From Candidatus Eiseniibacteriota bacterium (GTDB taxonomy: Bacteria; Eisenbacteria; RBG-16-71-46; CAZAMP01), in NCBI GenBank assembly GCA_965224245.1, contig OZ245046.1:1344001-1408000 (forward strand): DNA of 64,000 nucleotides. Direction: 5' to 3'. A model generated the notes under the pieces. The model saw only the letters and a program-made list of their open reading frames with translations. It did no database searches and was not told where the DNA came from. Shown here in pieces: positions 19,814-29,249 of this stretch. The translations under genes were made by a program, and so were the position numbers. Within the stretch, counting starts at the first letter, position 1. Every line of letters starts with the position of its first letter.

Positions 19814-21060
19814 CCGCTCGGGTGCTCGCGATCCTGGTGGCGGTGTGTCTGGTGACTGCGCCGCGCGCCGATCCCCTGGACGACGCATGGCACCTCGCCG
19901 AGTCCGGGGATCGGGACGGGGCCCGGACCGCGCTCGCCGCGGCTCGGGCGTCGCTGCCGGTGGCCGGGCTCGTTCGCGCGGACTATCTCGAGGCATGCCT
20001 GACCGACGACTGGGAGGTGGCCCGCGAGCGCTTCGCGACGATCGCTGAGGAGCATGCCGGCTCGGAGTGGGGCCTGCGGGCGCTCACGCAGCTCGGGGAG
20101 GGAGCGCTCCTCGCCGGCGAGCCGGAGCTGGCGCTGGGCTACTTCGAGCGCGCGCTCGCCTCCGCCCGCGTGGACGCGGACGCCGCCGCTCTCCGGGTCC
20201 GGAAGGCACAGAGCCTCCTCGCGCTCGGCGATCCGACCGCGGCCACCGAGCCCCTGCGGCAAGCGCTCGCACTCCTCGACGAGGGACCCGATCGCGACCG
20301 CGCCGAGCTGATGCTGACCGCATGCGATTACGAGGCCGGACGCTACGCCGACGGGCTTCAGAAGGCGCTCGCGCTGATCGATCGGTCGGACGACGTCACG
20401 CCTCCGGCGCTGCTCTATGCAGCCCGCTGCCTGACCGCCCGCGGCGAGGGACCGCTCGCGTTGCAGTACCTCGACCAGCTCGTGCGCGACCATGCCGACA
20501 CCGCCGAGGGAGCGTGGGCCCGCCACCTCGCCGACAGCCTGGGTGTCATCCACCGATCTCCGATCGAGCCGATGGAGCCCCGGGTCGTCACCGAGGCGTC
20601 GGGGGACGAGCGCACCGGCTCGTCCGACGACCGCGACGACGAGACCGCCGACGCGGGTCGTGCCTCGGGCCGGCTCTCCCACGACGACTCGGACGACGAC
20701 GAGGACGAGGACGGCCGCGCCGCCACCGACGTCACCGGCGATCGGGACCGGGACGAGGACGAGCAGCCGACCGCCGGTGACGGTGCCGCCGGCGACGATG
20801 AGCTCGCGGCGGACGACGCTGGTGACGGGGGCGCCCCGTTCGTGGACGTCGGCGCGTTTCCCGAACGGGTGGGGGCGCTGAGCCTGCTGTCGCGGCTGCG
20901 GCGCCGAGGCGTCTCGGATCTCGCGCTGGTGCGAAGCGATCGCGAGGGTCACACCGTGTTCGTGGTCCGGGTCGGTCCGTACGCCGACCGCGAGACCGCG
21001 GAGGCCGAGCGCGACCGGCTGGCCGAGCTGAGCGGCATGCCGGCGGTGGTCACGCGGTGA
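19810..21060 (+). CDS. Exported TPR protein with C-terminal SPOR domain
   Basis: Signal-like N-terminus, TPR helices, acidic linker, VDVGAF...VRVGPYADRETAE. Confidence 0.7.
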   Translation: MTARVLAILVAVCLVTAPRADPLDDAWHLAESGDRDGARTALAAARASLPVAGLVRADYLEACLTDDWEVARERFATIAEEHAGSEWGLRALTQLGEGALLAGEPELALGYFERALASARVDADAAALRVRKAQSLLALGDPTAATEPLRQALALLDEGPDRDRAELMLTACDYEAGRYADGLQKALALIDRSDDVTPPALLYAARCLTARGEGPLALQYLDQLVRDHADTAEGAWARHLADSLGVIHRSPIEPMEPRVVTEASGDERTGSSDDRDDETADAGRASGRLSHDDSDDDEDEDGRAATDVTGDRDRDEDEQPTAGDGAAGDDELAADDAGDGGAPFVDVGAFPERVGALSLLSRLRRRGVSDLALVRSDREGHTVFVVRVGPYADRETAEAERDRLAELSGMPAVVTR

Positions 21061-23765
21061 CGGCGGTGCGCACGACGCCGATGATGGCGCAGTACCTGCG
21101 CGCCAAGGAGCAGCACCCCGACGCGATTCTCCTGTTCCGGATGGGGGACTTCTACGAGGTCTTCTTCGAGGACGCCAAGCTCGCGTCGCGCATCCTCGGA
21201 CTCACGCTCACCAAGCGCGGTCAACACGCGGGCGACCCGATCCCGATGGCGGGCGTTCCGTGGCACAGCGTCGACGGCTACGTCGCCCGGCTCATGGACG
21301 CTGGCCAGCGCGTGGCGATCTGCGAGCAGGTCGAGGATCCGAAGAAGGCCAAGGGCATCGTCAAGCGCGAGGTGACCGAGGTCATCACCCCTGGCACCAT
21401 TCTCGAGAGCGACGTGTCCGCTCCCGGAAACCGCTACCTCGCCGCGGTGTGCCCGGGTCCCCGGCGAACCGGCGTCGCGTTCGTCGACCTGTCGACCGGA
21501 GAGTTCATGACCGGCGAGTTCCCGGCGACGGGCGTGCGTGACGAGCTCCTCCGGTATCGACCGGCGGAGATCCTCGTGGCCGACCCGGCGGCGGTCTCGG
21601 TGCCGGACGAGCTCTCGGCCGTCGTCACCACGATCGACGAGCCCTGGACGTTCGACCCCACGCGCGCCACCGAAGCGCTCACGCGCCAGTTCCACACCGC
21701 GGATCTGGACGGGTTCGGATGCGGCGATCTGACCGAGGGCCTGGGGGCCGCGGGCGCACTGCTCGGCTACGCGCGAAAGCTGAAGGGTGACGTGCTCGCC
21801 CACCTGACGGGGCTTCGCCGCCTGCAGCCGCGCGGCTCGCTCTTTCTCGATGCGGCCTCGCTCGTGCATCTCGAGGTACTGGACGCGCCGAGCGGCGGGA
21901 CGTCGCTCGCCGAGGTGCTCGATCACACCGTCACCGCGATGGGGCGCCGGTTCCTCCGGTCCGCGCTGGCCCGCCCCCTCGGAGATCGTGCACGCATCCA
22001 CGAGCGACTGGACGCCGTGGCGCGGCTGGTCGACGCGCGCGAGCTCCGTCAGGCGCTCACCGATGCGCTGGATGCGACCTACGACCTCCAGCGGCTCTCG
22101 GCCCGCGTCGGCACGGGTCGGGCCAGTCCGCGCGATCTGGTGGCGCTCCGGCGCACGCTGGGCGAGCTCCCGGGCATCCGGGTCGCGCTGGACGACGCGG
22201 GCGGCCGGCTCGGGGAGCTTCGCGACGCGATCGATCCCCTGCCCGGGCTGGCGTCCCATCTCGAGCGCGCGCTGCGGGACGAGGCGCCCGCCAACGTCAC
22301 CGACGGCAACGTGTTCAACCCGGGGTTCTCGGACGAGCTGGACGCGATCCGGGTCGGCGCCGAGGAGGGACGTGGCTGGATCGCCCAGCTCGAGGAGCGC
22401 GAACGGTCGGCCACCGGAATCCCGAACCTGAAGGTCGGGTTCAACAAGGTGTTCGGCTACTACATCGAGGTGACACGCTCGCATCTCGGCTCGGTGCCCG
22501 ATCACTATCAACGCAAGCAGACGCTCGTGGGCGCCGAGCGCTTCGTGACCGAGCCCCTCAAGGAGCGGGAGTCGTCGATCCTGGGTGCGGAAGAGCGGCT
22601 GGTCGAGATGGAGACGGCGCTCTTCTCCGAGCTGCGCACGCGAGCGGCCCGCGATCTCGTCGTGCTCACCACCACCGCGTCCGCCCTCGCCGAGCTGGAC
22701 TTCCTGCGCGCGCTGGCCGAGGCGGCCGTCCGTCGCGGGTACGTGCGGCCCGAGATCCACGACGGCCCGGAGATCCGGATCCACGACGGCCGGCACCCCG
22801 TGGTCGAGACGCAGCTTCCGTCCGGTGAGTTCATCCCCAACGACTGCGAGATCCGGCCCTCGGATCGACGGGTTCATCTGATCACCGGCCCCAACATGGC
22901 GGGGAAGTCCACGTATCTCAGGCAGGTGGGGCTCATCGTGCTGATGGCGCAGGCCGGCTCGTTCGTGCCTGCCGCGTCGGCGTCGATCGGGGTCGCCGAT
23001 CGGATCTTCACGCGCGTGGGGGCGAGCGACAATCTCGCGCGCGGCCAGTCCACGTTCCTGGTCGAGATGAACGAGAGCGCGAACATCCTGCACAATGCGA
23101 CCTCGCGGTCGCTCGTGCTGCTGGACGAGGTGGGGCGGGGAACGAGCACGTTCGACGGACTCTCGATCGCCTGGGCGATGACCGAGTACCTGCACCACGG
23201 CATGGCCGAGCGACCGCGGACGCTCTTCGCGACCCACTTCCACGAGCTGACGCGACTGGGCGACTCGCTCCGGGCGGTGGCGAACTTCCGCGTCGAGGTC
23301 AAGGAGTGGGAGGATCGGGTGATCTTCCTGCGGAAGATCGTCGAGGGGCGAGCCGATCGATCCTACGGCATCCACGTGGCCCAGATGGCCGGCCTGCCGG
23401 CCACCGTCGTCGAGCGCGCCCGCGTGATTCTGGCCGAGCTCGAGGCCGGCAAGCGGGCCGAGTCGAGCCCCGAGGTGCAGCAGACCTCGTTGTGGGACGA
23501 TCTTCTCGGTACCGACGGGGCCGCCTCCTCGGAGACCGCCGAGAGGGCCCACGGAGTACCCGTGAGCGGCGCCGCATCCGGCGCCGACGACGCTGGGGCG
23601 CCGACCCCGTCGGATGGGCAATCCGGGCCGGAATCCGAGGTGGTCGATTCCGACCGCGAGGCGGTCCTCGAGGCGTTGCGCGCCACCGATCTCGACCGGA
23701 CGACCCCGCTCGAGGCGCTGGCCATCCTGTCCGACCTTCAATCTCGCCTCGCGTCCGACCGATAA
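21057..23765 (+). CDS. mutS: DNA mismatch repair protein MutS
   Basis: TPMMAQY, FRMGDFYE, ITGPNMAGKSTY, DEVGRGTST, SYGIHVA. Confidence 0.97.
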   Translation: MTAVRTTPMMAQYLRAKEQHPDAILLFRMGDFYEVFFEDAKLASRILGLTLTKRGQHAGDPIPMAGVPWHSVDGYVARLMDAGQRVAICEQVEDPKKAKGIVKREVTEVITPGTILESDVSAPGNRYLAAVCPGPRRTGVAFVDLSTGEFMTGEFPATGVRDELLRYRPAEILVADPAAVSVPDELSAVVTTIDEPWTFDPTRATEALTRQFHTADLDGFGCGDLTEGLGAAGALLGYARKLKGDVLAHLTGLRRLQPRGSLFLDAASLVHLEVLDAPSGGTSLAEVLDHTVTAMGRRFLRSALARPLGDRARIHERLDAVARLVDARELRQALTDALDATYDLQRLSARVGTGRASPRDLVALRRTLGELPGIRVALDDAGGRLGELRDAIDPLPGLASHLERALRDEAPANVTDGNVFNPGFSDELDAIRVGAEEGRGWIAQLEERERSATGIPNLKVGFNKVFGYYIEVTRSHLGSVPDHYQRKQTLVGAERFVTEPLKERESSILGAEERLVEMETALFSELRTRAARDLVVLTTTASALAELDFLRALAEAAVRRGYVRPEIHDGPEIRIHDGRHPVVETQLPSGEFIPNDCEIRPSDRRVHLITGPNMAGKSTYLRQVGLIVLMAQAGSFVPAASASIGVADRIFTRVGASDNLARGQSTFLVEMNESANILHNATSRSLVLLDEVGRGTSTFDGLSIAWAMTEYLHHGMAERPRTLFATHFHELTRLGDSLRAVANFRVEVKEWEDRVIFLRKIVEGRADRSYGIHVAQMAGLPATVVERARVILAELEAGKRAESSPEVQQTSLWDDLLGTDGAASSETAERAHGVPVSGAASGADDAGAPTPSDGQSGPESEVVDSDREAVLEALRATDLDRTTPLEALAILSDLQSRLASDR

Positions 23766-23828
23766 CTCCGTTCGACGGCTCGCCCGTCCCGGGACGCCGC
23801 CGGCCCCACGGGCCGATCCGGCTGCCGG

Positions 23829-23857
23829 TTGCAAAGAAAAGGCCGGACTCCTATGCT
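23829..23857 (+). promoter_or_regulatory. Putative sigma70 promoter for the lipoprotein-methyltransferase-bshC-bshA unit
   Basis: TTGCAA-N17-TATGCT. Confidence 0.55.
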
Positions 23858-23905
23858 AGATGCAAGCGAGGTACCGGGGCCTCGAGGTCAGAAAGGAACC
23901 GGACC

Positions 23906-24349
23906 ATGTGGAAGAGAATCGTCAGCGGGGCGCTGGTCGTCTCGATGCTCGGCTCGATGGGCTGCGCACAGCGGCACGTCGTCCCCGGCGTCAACCTGAT
24001 GCGGGGTGACGTCGTCGAGAACGTCCACATCAAGACGACCGATGGATACACGTACGACTTCGACCGCGGCTACGTCCGCGGCGAGACGTTCTTCGGCACG
24101 CTCGTGGAGGACGTCGAGGAGCTGACCGACTCGGGCGACGTGTACCTGCGTGAGCAGGCACGCGAGATCCCGATCCCGATATCCTCGATCGTGAAGGTCG
24201 AGCAGACGACGCGGAGCATCTCCAGCAACACCGTCTACGTCGTCGGCGCCATCGGTGCGGGGGCCATTCTCGTGGCCGCACTGAGCGGAAGCGATCTTTC
24301 CGACGTCTCGGCGCGCAGCACCGGAGTCGCGAGCAAGCCGAACCAGTAG
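23906..24349 (+). CDS. Hypothetical lipoprotein
   Basis: AAAGGA RBS. MWKRIVSGALVVSMLGSMG-C lipobox-like signal and a C-terminal hydrophobic segment. Confidence 0.65.
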   Translation: MWKRIVSGALVVSMLGSMGCAQRHVVPGVNLMRGDVVENVHIKTTDGYTYDFDRGYVRGETFFGTLVEDVEELTDSGDVYLREQAREIPIPISSIVKVEQTTRSISSNTVYVVGAIGAGAILVAALSGSDLSDVSARSTGVASKPNQ

Positions 24350-24359
24350 CAGGCCGTCG

Positions 24360-25097
24360 ATGTCGGGTCAGGAGTGGTTTCGCGACGCCTTCGACGAGCT
24401 CTACCTGACCGTCTATCGGCATCGAGACGGCGACGAGGCCCGGCGGCTGATGAGCTGGCTGGGCCCTCTTCTTTCCGTGTCCGGCCGACTCGTCCTGGAC
24501 CTCGCATGCGGAGCCGCGCGTTTTCGTGAACCTCTCGAGGCACTCGGCGCGTCCTATCTCGGGTTGGATCTCTCGATGCCGCTCCTGCAACGCGCGATGA
24601 CGCGCCCGGGTGCGCTCGTCAGGGCCGACATGCGGCACATTCCGCTTCGTCCCGGCTCTCTCGACGTCGTGCTTTCGATGTTCACGAGCTTCGGCTACTT
24701 CGCCACCGACGGCGAGAACCGAGCCGTGCTGGCCGGCGTGCACGAGGTGCTGGCCCCCGGCGGCCGGTTTGCGATCGACACCCTGAATGCCACCCGCGTG
24801 GCCGAGACGCTGGTTCCCGAAGGCGAGCGTCGTGTGGGAGAGTATCAGGTCACCGAGACCCGCCGGATCGTGGATGGGCGGGTGGTCAAGGACATCACGA
24901 TCGATCGCGGACCGACGCGACTGCGACGCTACCGGGAGTCGGTCCGGCTCATCACGAAGGACGATCTCCTGGGCTGGACGGCTGCGGCCGGGCTCGAGCC
25001 GCTGGGGTTCTGGGGCGCGTACGATGGCTCGGACTTCGACCGCAACGGCTCGCCGCGTCTGATCGCGGCGTTTCAGAAAGCGCGAGGCGTGCGATGA
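24360..25097 (+). CDS. Class I SAM-dependent methyltransferase
   Basis: VLDLACGAAR, RADMR, MFTSFGYF. Stop overlaps the bshC start. Confidence 0.85.
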   Translation: MSGQEWFRDAFDELYLTVYRHRDGDEARRLMSWLGPLLSVSGRLVLDLACGAARFREPLEALGASYLGLDLSMPLLQRAMTRPGALVRADMRHIPLRPGSLDVVLSMFTSFGYFATDGENRAVLAGVHEVLAPGGRFAIDTLNATRVAETLVPEGERRVGEYQVTETRRIVDGRVVKDITIDRGPTRLRRYRESVRLITKDDLLGWTAAAGLEPLGFWGAYDGSDFDRNGSPRLIAAFQKARGVR

Positions 25098-26788
25098 TGA
25101 TCCCGATTCCGTCCGACGTCCTCGCGGGCGACGTCCTCGCCGGCGCCGGTGACTCCGGCGGATCGACGTCCGAGCTCTACGACCGCTACGTCCGCCGGGT
25201 GCCGCTGGCCGACGGGCTGTCGCCCCGGCGATGTCCGACCCTGACCGATCTGATCGCGCATGCCCGTACGCACACCGAGCCCGTCCCGCCCGCTCTCCTC
25301 GCCGAGCTTTCCGAGCTTCACGACCGACTCGACGCCCCGTCCCGGAGCCTCGACACGCTGGCGCGGCTCGGTCGTGGAGAGACCGTCCTCGTCTTCGCCG
25401 GCCAGCAGCCCGCCCTCCTGGGGGGGCCGCTGTACACGCTGCACAAGGCGGCGACCGCGGTCGCGGTGGCGGCGCGGATGACGGCGGCCGGCGTCTCCGC
25501 GCGGGCGGCGTTCTGGGTGGCCTCCGACGACGCGGATCTCGCCGAGGCGGCGACCGCCTACGCGCCCGGTCCCGACCGGGGGCTCCGCAAGGCCTCGATC
25601 GCCCGGGGGCGGCCCGAGGGCACGCTGGTGGGATCCCTGCCGGTCACCGAGTGCGAGCGGGCGTGGACGACGCTCTTCGGTGACGCGGTTCCGTACCCGG
25701 GGGCTCCCGCCGGCGCCCGGGACTTCGGCGACTACCTGGCCGCGCACCTGCTCGCGCTGTTCGGCCCCCACGGGCTGGTCGTCGTGGACAGCCGACTCCC
25801 GGCTCTCCGCCGCGCGGCCGAGCCGCTCGTCGCGCGGTACCTCGGTGCCCACGAGCAGATCGCGCGAGTCGTGGACGCGGCCGGCGGCCGGTACGAGGCC
25901 GTCGGCTGGGACCGCGCCCTTCACCCGGCGTCGACGGGGTCCGCGCTGTTCGAGATCGACGAGCGGGGACTCCGACGCAAGCTGGAGCCCGGCGAGGCCC
26001 CGGGATCGGCGGAGTCGACGTCGCTCGGCGTCTTGCTGCGCCCGTATCTCCAGGAGGCGGTCTTTCCGTCGGCGGGGTTCGTCTGTGGTCCGGGCGAGCT
26101 CGCCTACCTCGTGCAGTCCGAGGCCGCGGCGCCGCTGCTGGGTGTCGAGCGCTCGCCGTACATCCCGCGACTGTCCGCCACCTGGATCGATCGAACGCTC
26201 GCCGATCTGGTCCGTTCACAGGATCCGGGCGGACCGCGGGATCTCGCGTCGGTCTCGCCCGACGCGTGGCGCGCGCTCTTCGCCGACCCGACCGCGGTGG
26301 TCGCCGGACGCCTGGAGCGTGACGTGCCGCGGGACGTGGATGCCCGCCTCGCGCGCCTGACGTCGACGCTGAACGACGAGCTCCAGGCGCTGGAGGCGGA
26401 CGCGCGCGGGGGAGACGGGGGCGACGCCGGGCTGGCGGACGTGGCCGCGTCGGTGCGGAAGAAGATCGACTACCAGATCGGACGGATCCGGGGACACGTC
26501 CTGGAGCGCCTGCGCCGCGAGGCGAAGGCGGAGGGTCGCGTCTACACGAACGTCGGCGACTATCTCTCTCCGCGGCGGGCCCTCCAGGAGCGCGCCTTCA
26601 GCATGCTCTGGCCTCTCACTCTCGCCAGCGGCGCCGCGATCACCGACGCGCTCTGCGACGCGGCCGGGCGGCACTGGGACGCGGTCCAGCGCGCCGAGTC
26701 GGTCCACCTGATCGGCGACCTGGATGCACTCGAGGGGCCGATGACCACCGAGGAGCCGGTGTGGCGCGAAAACTACGAATCGGTGTGA
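25094..26788 (+). CDS. bshC: Bacillithiol biosynthesis cysteine-adding enzyme BshC
   Basis: AGQQPALLGGPLYTLHKA, FWVASDDAD, LLRPYLQE, GPGELAY, LQER. Confidence 0.85.
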   Translation: MMIPIPSDVLAGDVLAGAGDSGGSTSELYDRYVRRVPLADGLSPRRCPTLTDLIAHARTHTEPVPPALLAELSELHDRLDAPSRSLDTLARLGRGETVLVFAGQQPALLGGPLYTLHKAATAVAVAARMTAAGVSARAAFWVASDDADLAEAATAYAPGPDRGLRKASIARGRPEGTLVGSLPVTECERAWTTLFGDAVPYPGAPAGARDFGDYLAAHLLALFGPHGLVVVDSRLPALRRAAEPLVARYLGAHEQIARVVDAAGGRYEAVGWDRALHPASTGSALFEIDERGLRRKLEPGEAPGSAESTSLGVLLRPYLQEAVFPSAGFVCGPGELAYLVQSEAAAPLLGVERSPYIPRLSATWIDRTLADLVRSQDPGGPRDLASVSPDAWRALFADPTAVVAGRLERDVPRDVDARLARLTSTLNDELQALEADARGGDGGDAGLADVAASVRKKIDYQIGRIRGHVLERLRREAKAEGRVYTNVGDYLSPRRALQERAFSMLWPLTLASGAAITDALCDAAGRHWDAVQRAESVHLIGDLDALEGPMTTEEPVWRENYESV

Positions 26789-27963
26789 CCTGCCTGCCCA
26801 GCGCGGGGGGCAGCGGGATCCTGGCCACCGAGCTCGGCATGAACGTGGCTGGCCGTGGACACGACGTTCACTTCATCTGTCTGGAGCGACCGGTCCGGCT
26901 GCACGGCGACGAGCGGGTGGACAGCACGCTCTGGTTCCACCAGGCGCGTGCGTCGGACTACCCGGTGTTCTCGAACCCGCCCACGACACTGGCGCTGGCG
27001 GCCAAGATGGCCGAGGTGGCCGAGGCTCACCGACTGGACATCCTGCACGTGCACTACGCGCTGCCGCACGCGACCGCTGCCTACCTGGCCCAGCAGATCC
27101 TGAAGGGACGGCATGACGTTCGCACGGTCACGACGCTCCACGGCACCGACATCACGCTCGTGGGCCAGCATCCGTCGATCTTCGACGTCACGCGTTTCAG
27201 CATCTCGGCCAGCGACACCGTGACCACCGTCAGTGCCTGGCTGGAGGCACAGACCCGGGAGATCTTCGGCTTCGGGGGCGACATCACCGTCATCCCCAAC
27301 TTCGTCGACGGGCACGTCTTCCGACCCGTGCCGAACCACCCGATGCGTGCGCGGTTCGCGTCGCCCGACGAGAAGATCATCCTTCATGCGTCGAACTTCC
27401 GTCCCGTCAAGAACATCAAGGCCGTGGTGGACGTGTTCGCCGGCGTGGCCAAGGCGCTGCCGGCGCGGCTCCTTCTGGTGGGCGAGGGATCCGAGCGCCG
27501 TCCGGCCGAGGAGCGCATCCGCGAGCACGCGCTCTCGGATCGGGTGCTCTTCCTGGGCAACCACCAGTTCATCGAGCAGTTCATCCCGCTCGCCGACCTG
27601 TTCCTCCTGCCGTCGCTGCACGAGTCGTTCGGCCTCGCGGCGCTGGAGGCGATGAGCTGCAGCGTACCGGTCATCGCCACGAACGTCGGAGGAGCGCCCG
27701 AGGTGATCACGCACGGCGTCGACGGATTCGTGGTGGATCCCAACGACATCGACCGGATGATCACGCTGGCGCGGGAGATTTTGTCGGATCCCGCCAAGGC
27801 CGAGGCGCTGGCGCTGGCGGGTCGCCGGACGGCGGTCGAGCGCTTCTCGCCCGACATCGCGGTGGATCGTTACCTGGATCTCTACGAGAAGGTGGCGTCC
27901 ACGACGTCTCGCCCCAGAAGCGCGAACAAGCGCGACGAGGTGCCCTCGGCGCGATACGAGTGA
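26761..27963 (+). CDS. bshA: N-acetyl-alpha-D-glucosaminyl L-malate synthase
   Basis: GGSGILATELG, HVHYALPHA, TTLHGTDITLVG, SNFRPVK, ESFGLAALEAM. Confidence 0.92.
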   Translation: MARKLRIGVTCLPSAGGSGILATELGMNVAGRGHDVHFICLERPVRLHGDERVDSTLWFHQARASDYPVFSNPPTTLALAAKMAEVAEAHRLDILHVHYALPHATAAYLAQQILKGRHDVRTVTTLHGTDITLVGQHPSIFDVTRFSISASDTVTTVSAWLEAQTREIFGFGGDITVIPNFVDGHVFRPVPNHPMRARFASPDEKIILHASNFRPVKNIKAVVDVFAGVAKALPARLLLVGEGSERRPAEERIREHALSDRVLFLGNHQFIEQFIPLADLFLLPSLHESFGLAALEAMSCSVPVIATNVGGAPEVITHGVDGFVVDPNDIDRMITLAREILSDPAKAEALALAGRRTAVERFSPDIAVDRYLDLYEKVASTTSRPRSANKRDEVPSARYE

Positions 27964-28613
27964 TACACGTCCAGGCGCGTCGCCGTGCACTCGTCCGACC
28001 GTTCGACCGCACCGGGCGCGAGACCCGCGGCGACCAGCTCGTCGGTGACGGCCGCCGGCAGATCCAGTCGCCAGCGATCTCCGGACCGGACGTGATGTCG
28101 CCCCCCGAACGCGGCATGGACGTCGTCGCCCACCTCGAAGCGCTCGGGACCGATCCCGGGCCCGATCCCGGCCCAGAGATCGGCCGGTGGGCAGCCGTAG
28201 AGGTCGTGTAATGCGCGAACGGTGCGCGAGACGATGCCCGCGGCGGCGCCACGCCATCCGGCGTGCACCAGCCCCAGAACGCCTCGCCGCGGGTCGATGA
28301 GGAAGACGGGCAGGCAGTCGGCCACGCGAAGGGTCAGGACGAGCCCGGCGCGGTCGGTCACGAGCGAGTCGCCGGTCCCTTGAGACCCGGGGGTCGAGAG
28401 TGCCAGAATGCGGCGGCCGTGCACCTGGCTCGCGGTCGCGAGCCGGTCCCCGCGGATGCCGAGAGTGGCCAGAACGCCCGGATCGGGCCGGGCGGGTGCC
28501 GCGGGGTCGGCGGTCACGTCCCGGGTCGTGACCAGCGCGACGTCGGCGTCGCGCACCGGGCACGTCTCGAAGCGGAACACGCGGCGGCCGTCCGGGAGCG
28601 CGCGAACGGGCAC
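27882..28613 (-). CDS. pgeF: PgeF/YfiH family (purine nucleoside phosphorylase, peptidoglycan editing factor)
   Basis: QVHG, VADCLP, HAGWRG, IGPGIG, SYRAEG. Its 3' end overlaps the bshA 3' end by about 80 nt. Confidence 0.85.
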   Translation of the reverse strand: MPVRALPDGRRVFRFETCPVRDADVALVTTRDVTADPAAPARPDPGVLATLGIRGDRLATASQVHGRRILALSTPGSQGTGDSLVTDRAGLVLTLRVADCLPVFLIDPRRGVLGLVHAGWRGAAAGIVSRTVRALHDLYGCPPADLWAGIGPGIGPERFEVGDDVHAAFGGRHHVRSGDRWRLDLPAAVTDELVAAGLAPGAVERSDECTATRLDVYHSYRAEGTSSRLFALLGRDVVDATFS

Positions 28614-28652
28614 TGACCCACACTCCTCTGTGCAGCCGGGAGAAACCGACAC

Positions 28653-29249
28653 GTGGAATCGCTCGCGACCGTCGATCGAGACCTCTTCTACCTGATCAAT
28701 CACGGGTGGGCCAACGGGTTTCTCGATCGTGTGTTTCCGTGGATCACGCGCCTCGGGAACTTCTGGCCGATCATCGCCGCGCTGGTCGCGTGGCTGGTCT
28801 GGCGCGGCGGAGCGCGCGGGCGGACCACCCTCCTGGCGGTCGCGCTGTCGATCTCGATCACCGATCCGGTCACCGTGCGCGTGCTGAAGCCGGCGTTTCA
28901 TCGCGAGCGGCCGTGCACCGCCCTCGAGGACACGCGCCTTCTGGCCTCGAGGAAGTCGTCTCCGTCGTTTCCGTCGGCCCACGCGGTGAACGCGTTCGCG
29001 GTCGCGACGGTGTTCGCCGGGTTCTACGCCTCGTCCCTGGTGATCGCGCTGCCGCTGGCGATCGCCGTGGGGCTCTCGCGGGTGTACATCGGGGTGCACT
29101 ACCCGTTCGACGTCCTGGCCGGCGCCGTGCTCGGCACGCTCATCGGCAGCGCCGTGCTGGGCGTCCTCCGGCTGTCGGCCGCGCGCGTCCCGTGGCTCGT
29201 GGCGCCCCGGCGTCCGTTCGCCCCGGCGCTCGGGGAGGAACCCTCGTGA
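28653..29249 (+). CDS. PAP2 family membrane phosphatase (undecaprenyl-PP phosphatase-like)
   Basis: LKPAFHRERP, SFPSAHA, SRVYIGVHYPFDV. Confidence 0.85.
   Translation: MESLATVDRDLFYLINHGWANGFLDRVFPWITRLGNFWPIIAALVAWLVWRGGARGRTTLLAVALSISITDPVTVRVLKPAFHRERPCTALEDTRLLASRKSSPSFPSAHAVNAFAVATVFAGFYASSLVIALPLAIAVGLSRVYIGVHYPFDVLAGAVLGTLIGSAVLGVLRLSAARVPWLVAPRRPFAPALGEEPS

Noticed and set aside
16760-19996. 1078-aa minus-strand ORF and other long antisense ORFs (e.g. 20949-23834, 42908-45334, 7666-9639)
   Set aside because: These are shadow frames of well-supported plus-strand genes. Stops are rare at this GC content and the products show no recognisable motifs.
27882-27963. Convergent overlap of bshA and pgeF
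   Set aside because: Short 3' overlaps are ordinary in high-GC genomes, and the overlapping bshA tail is non-conserved.
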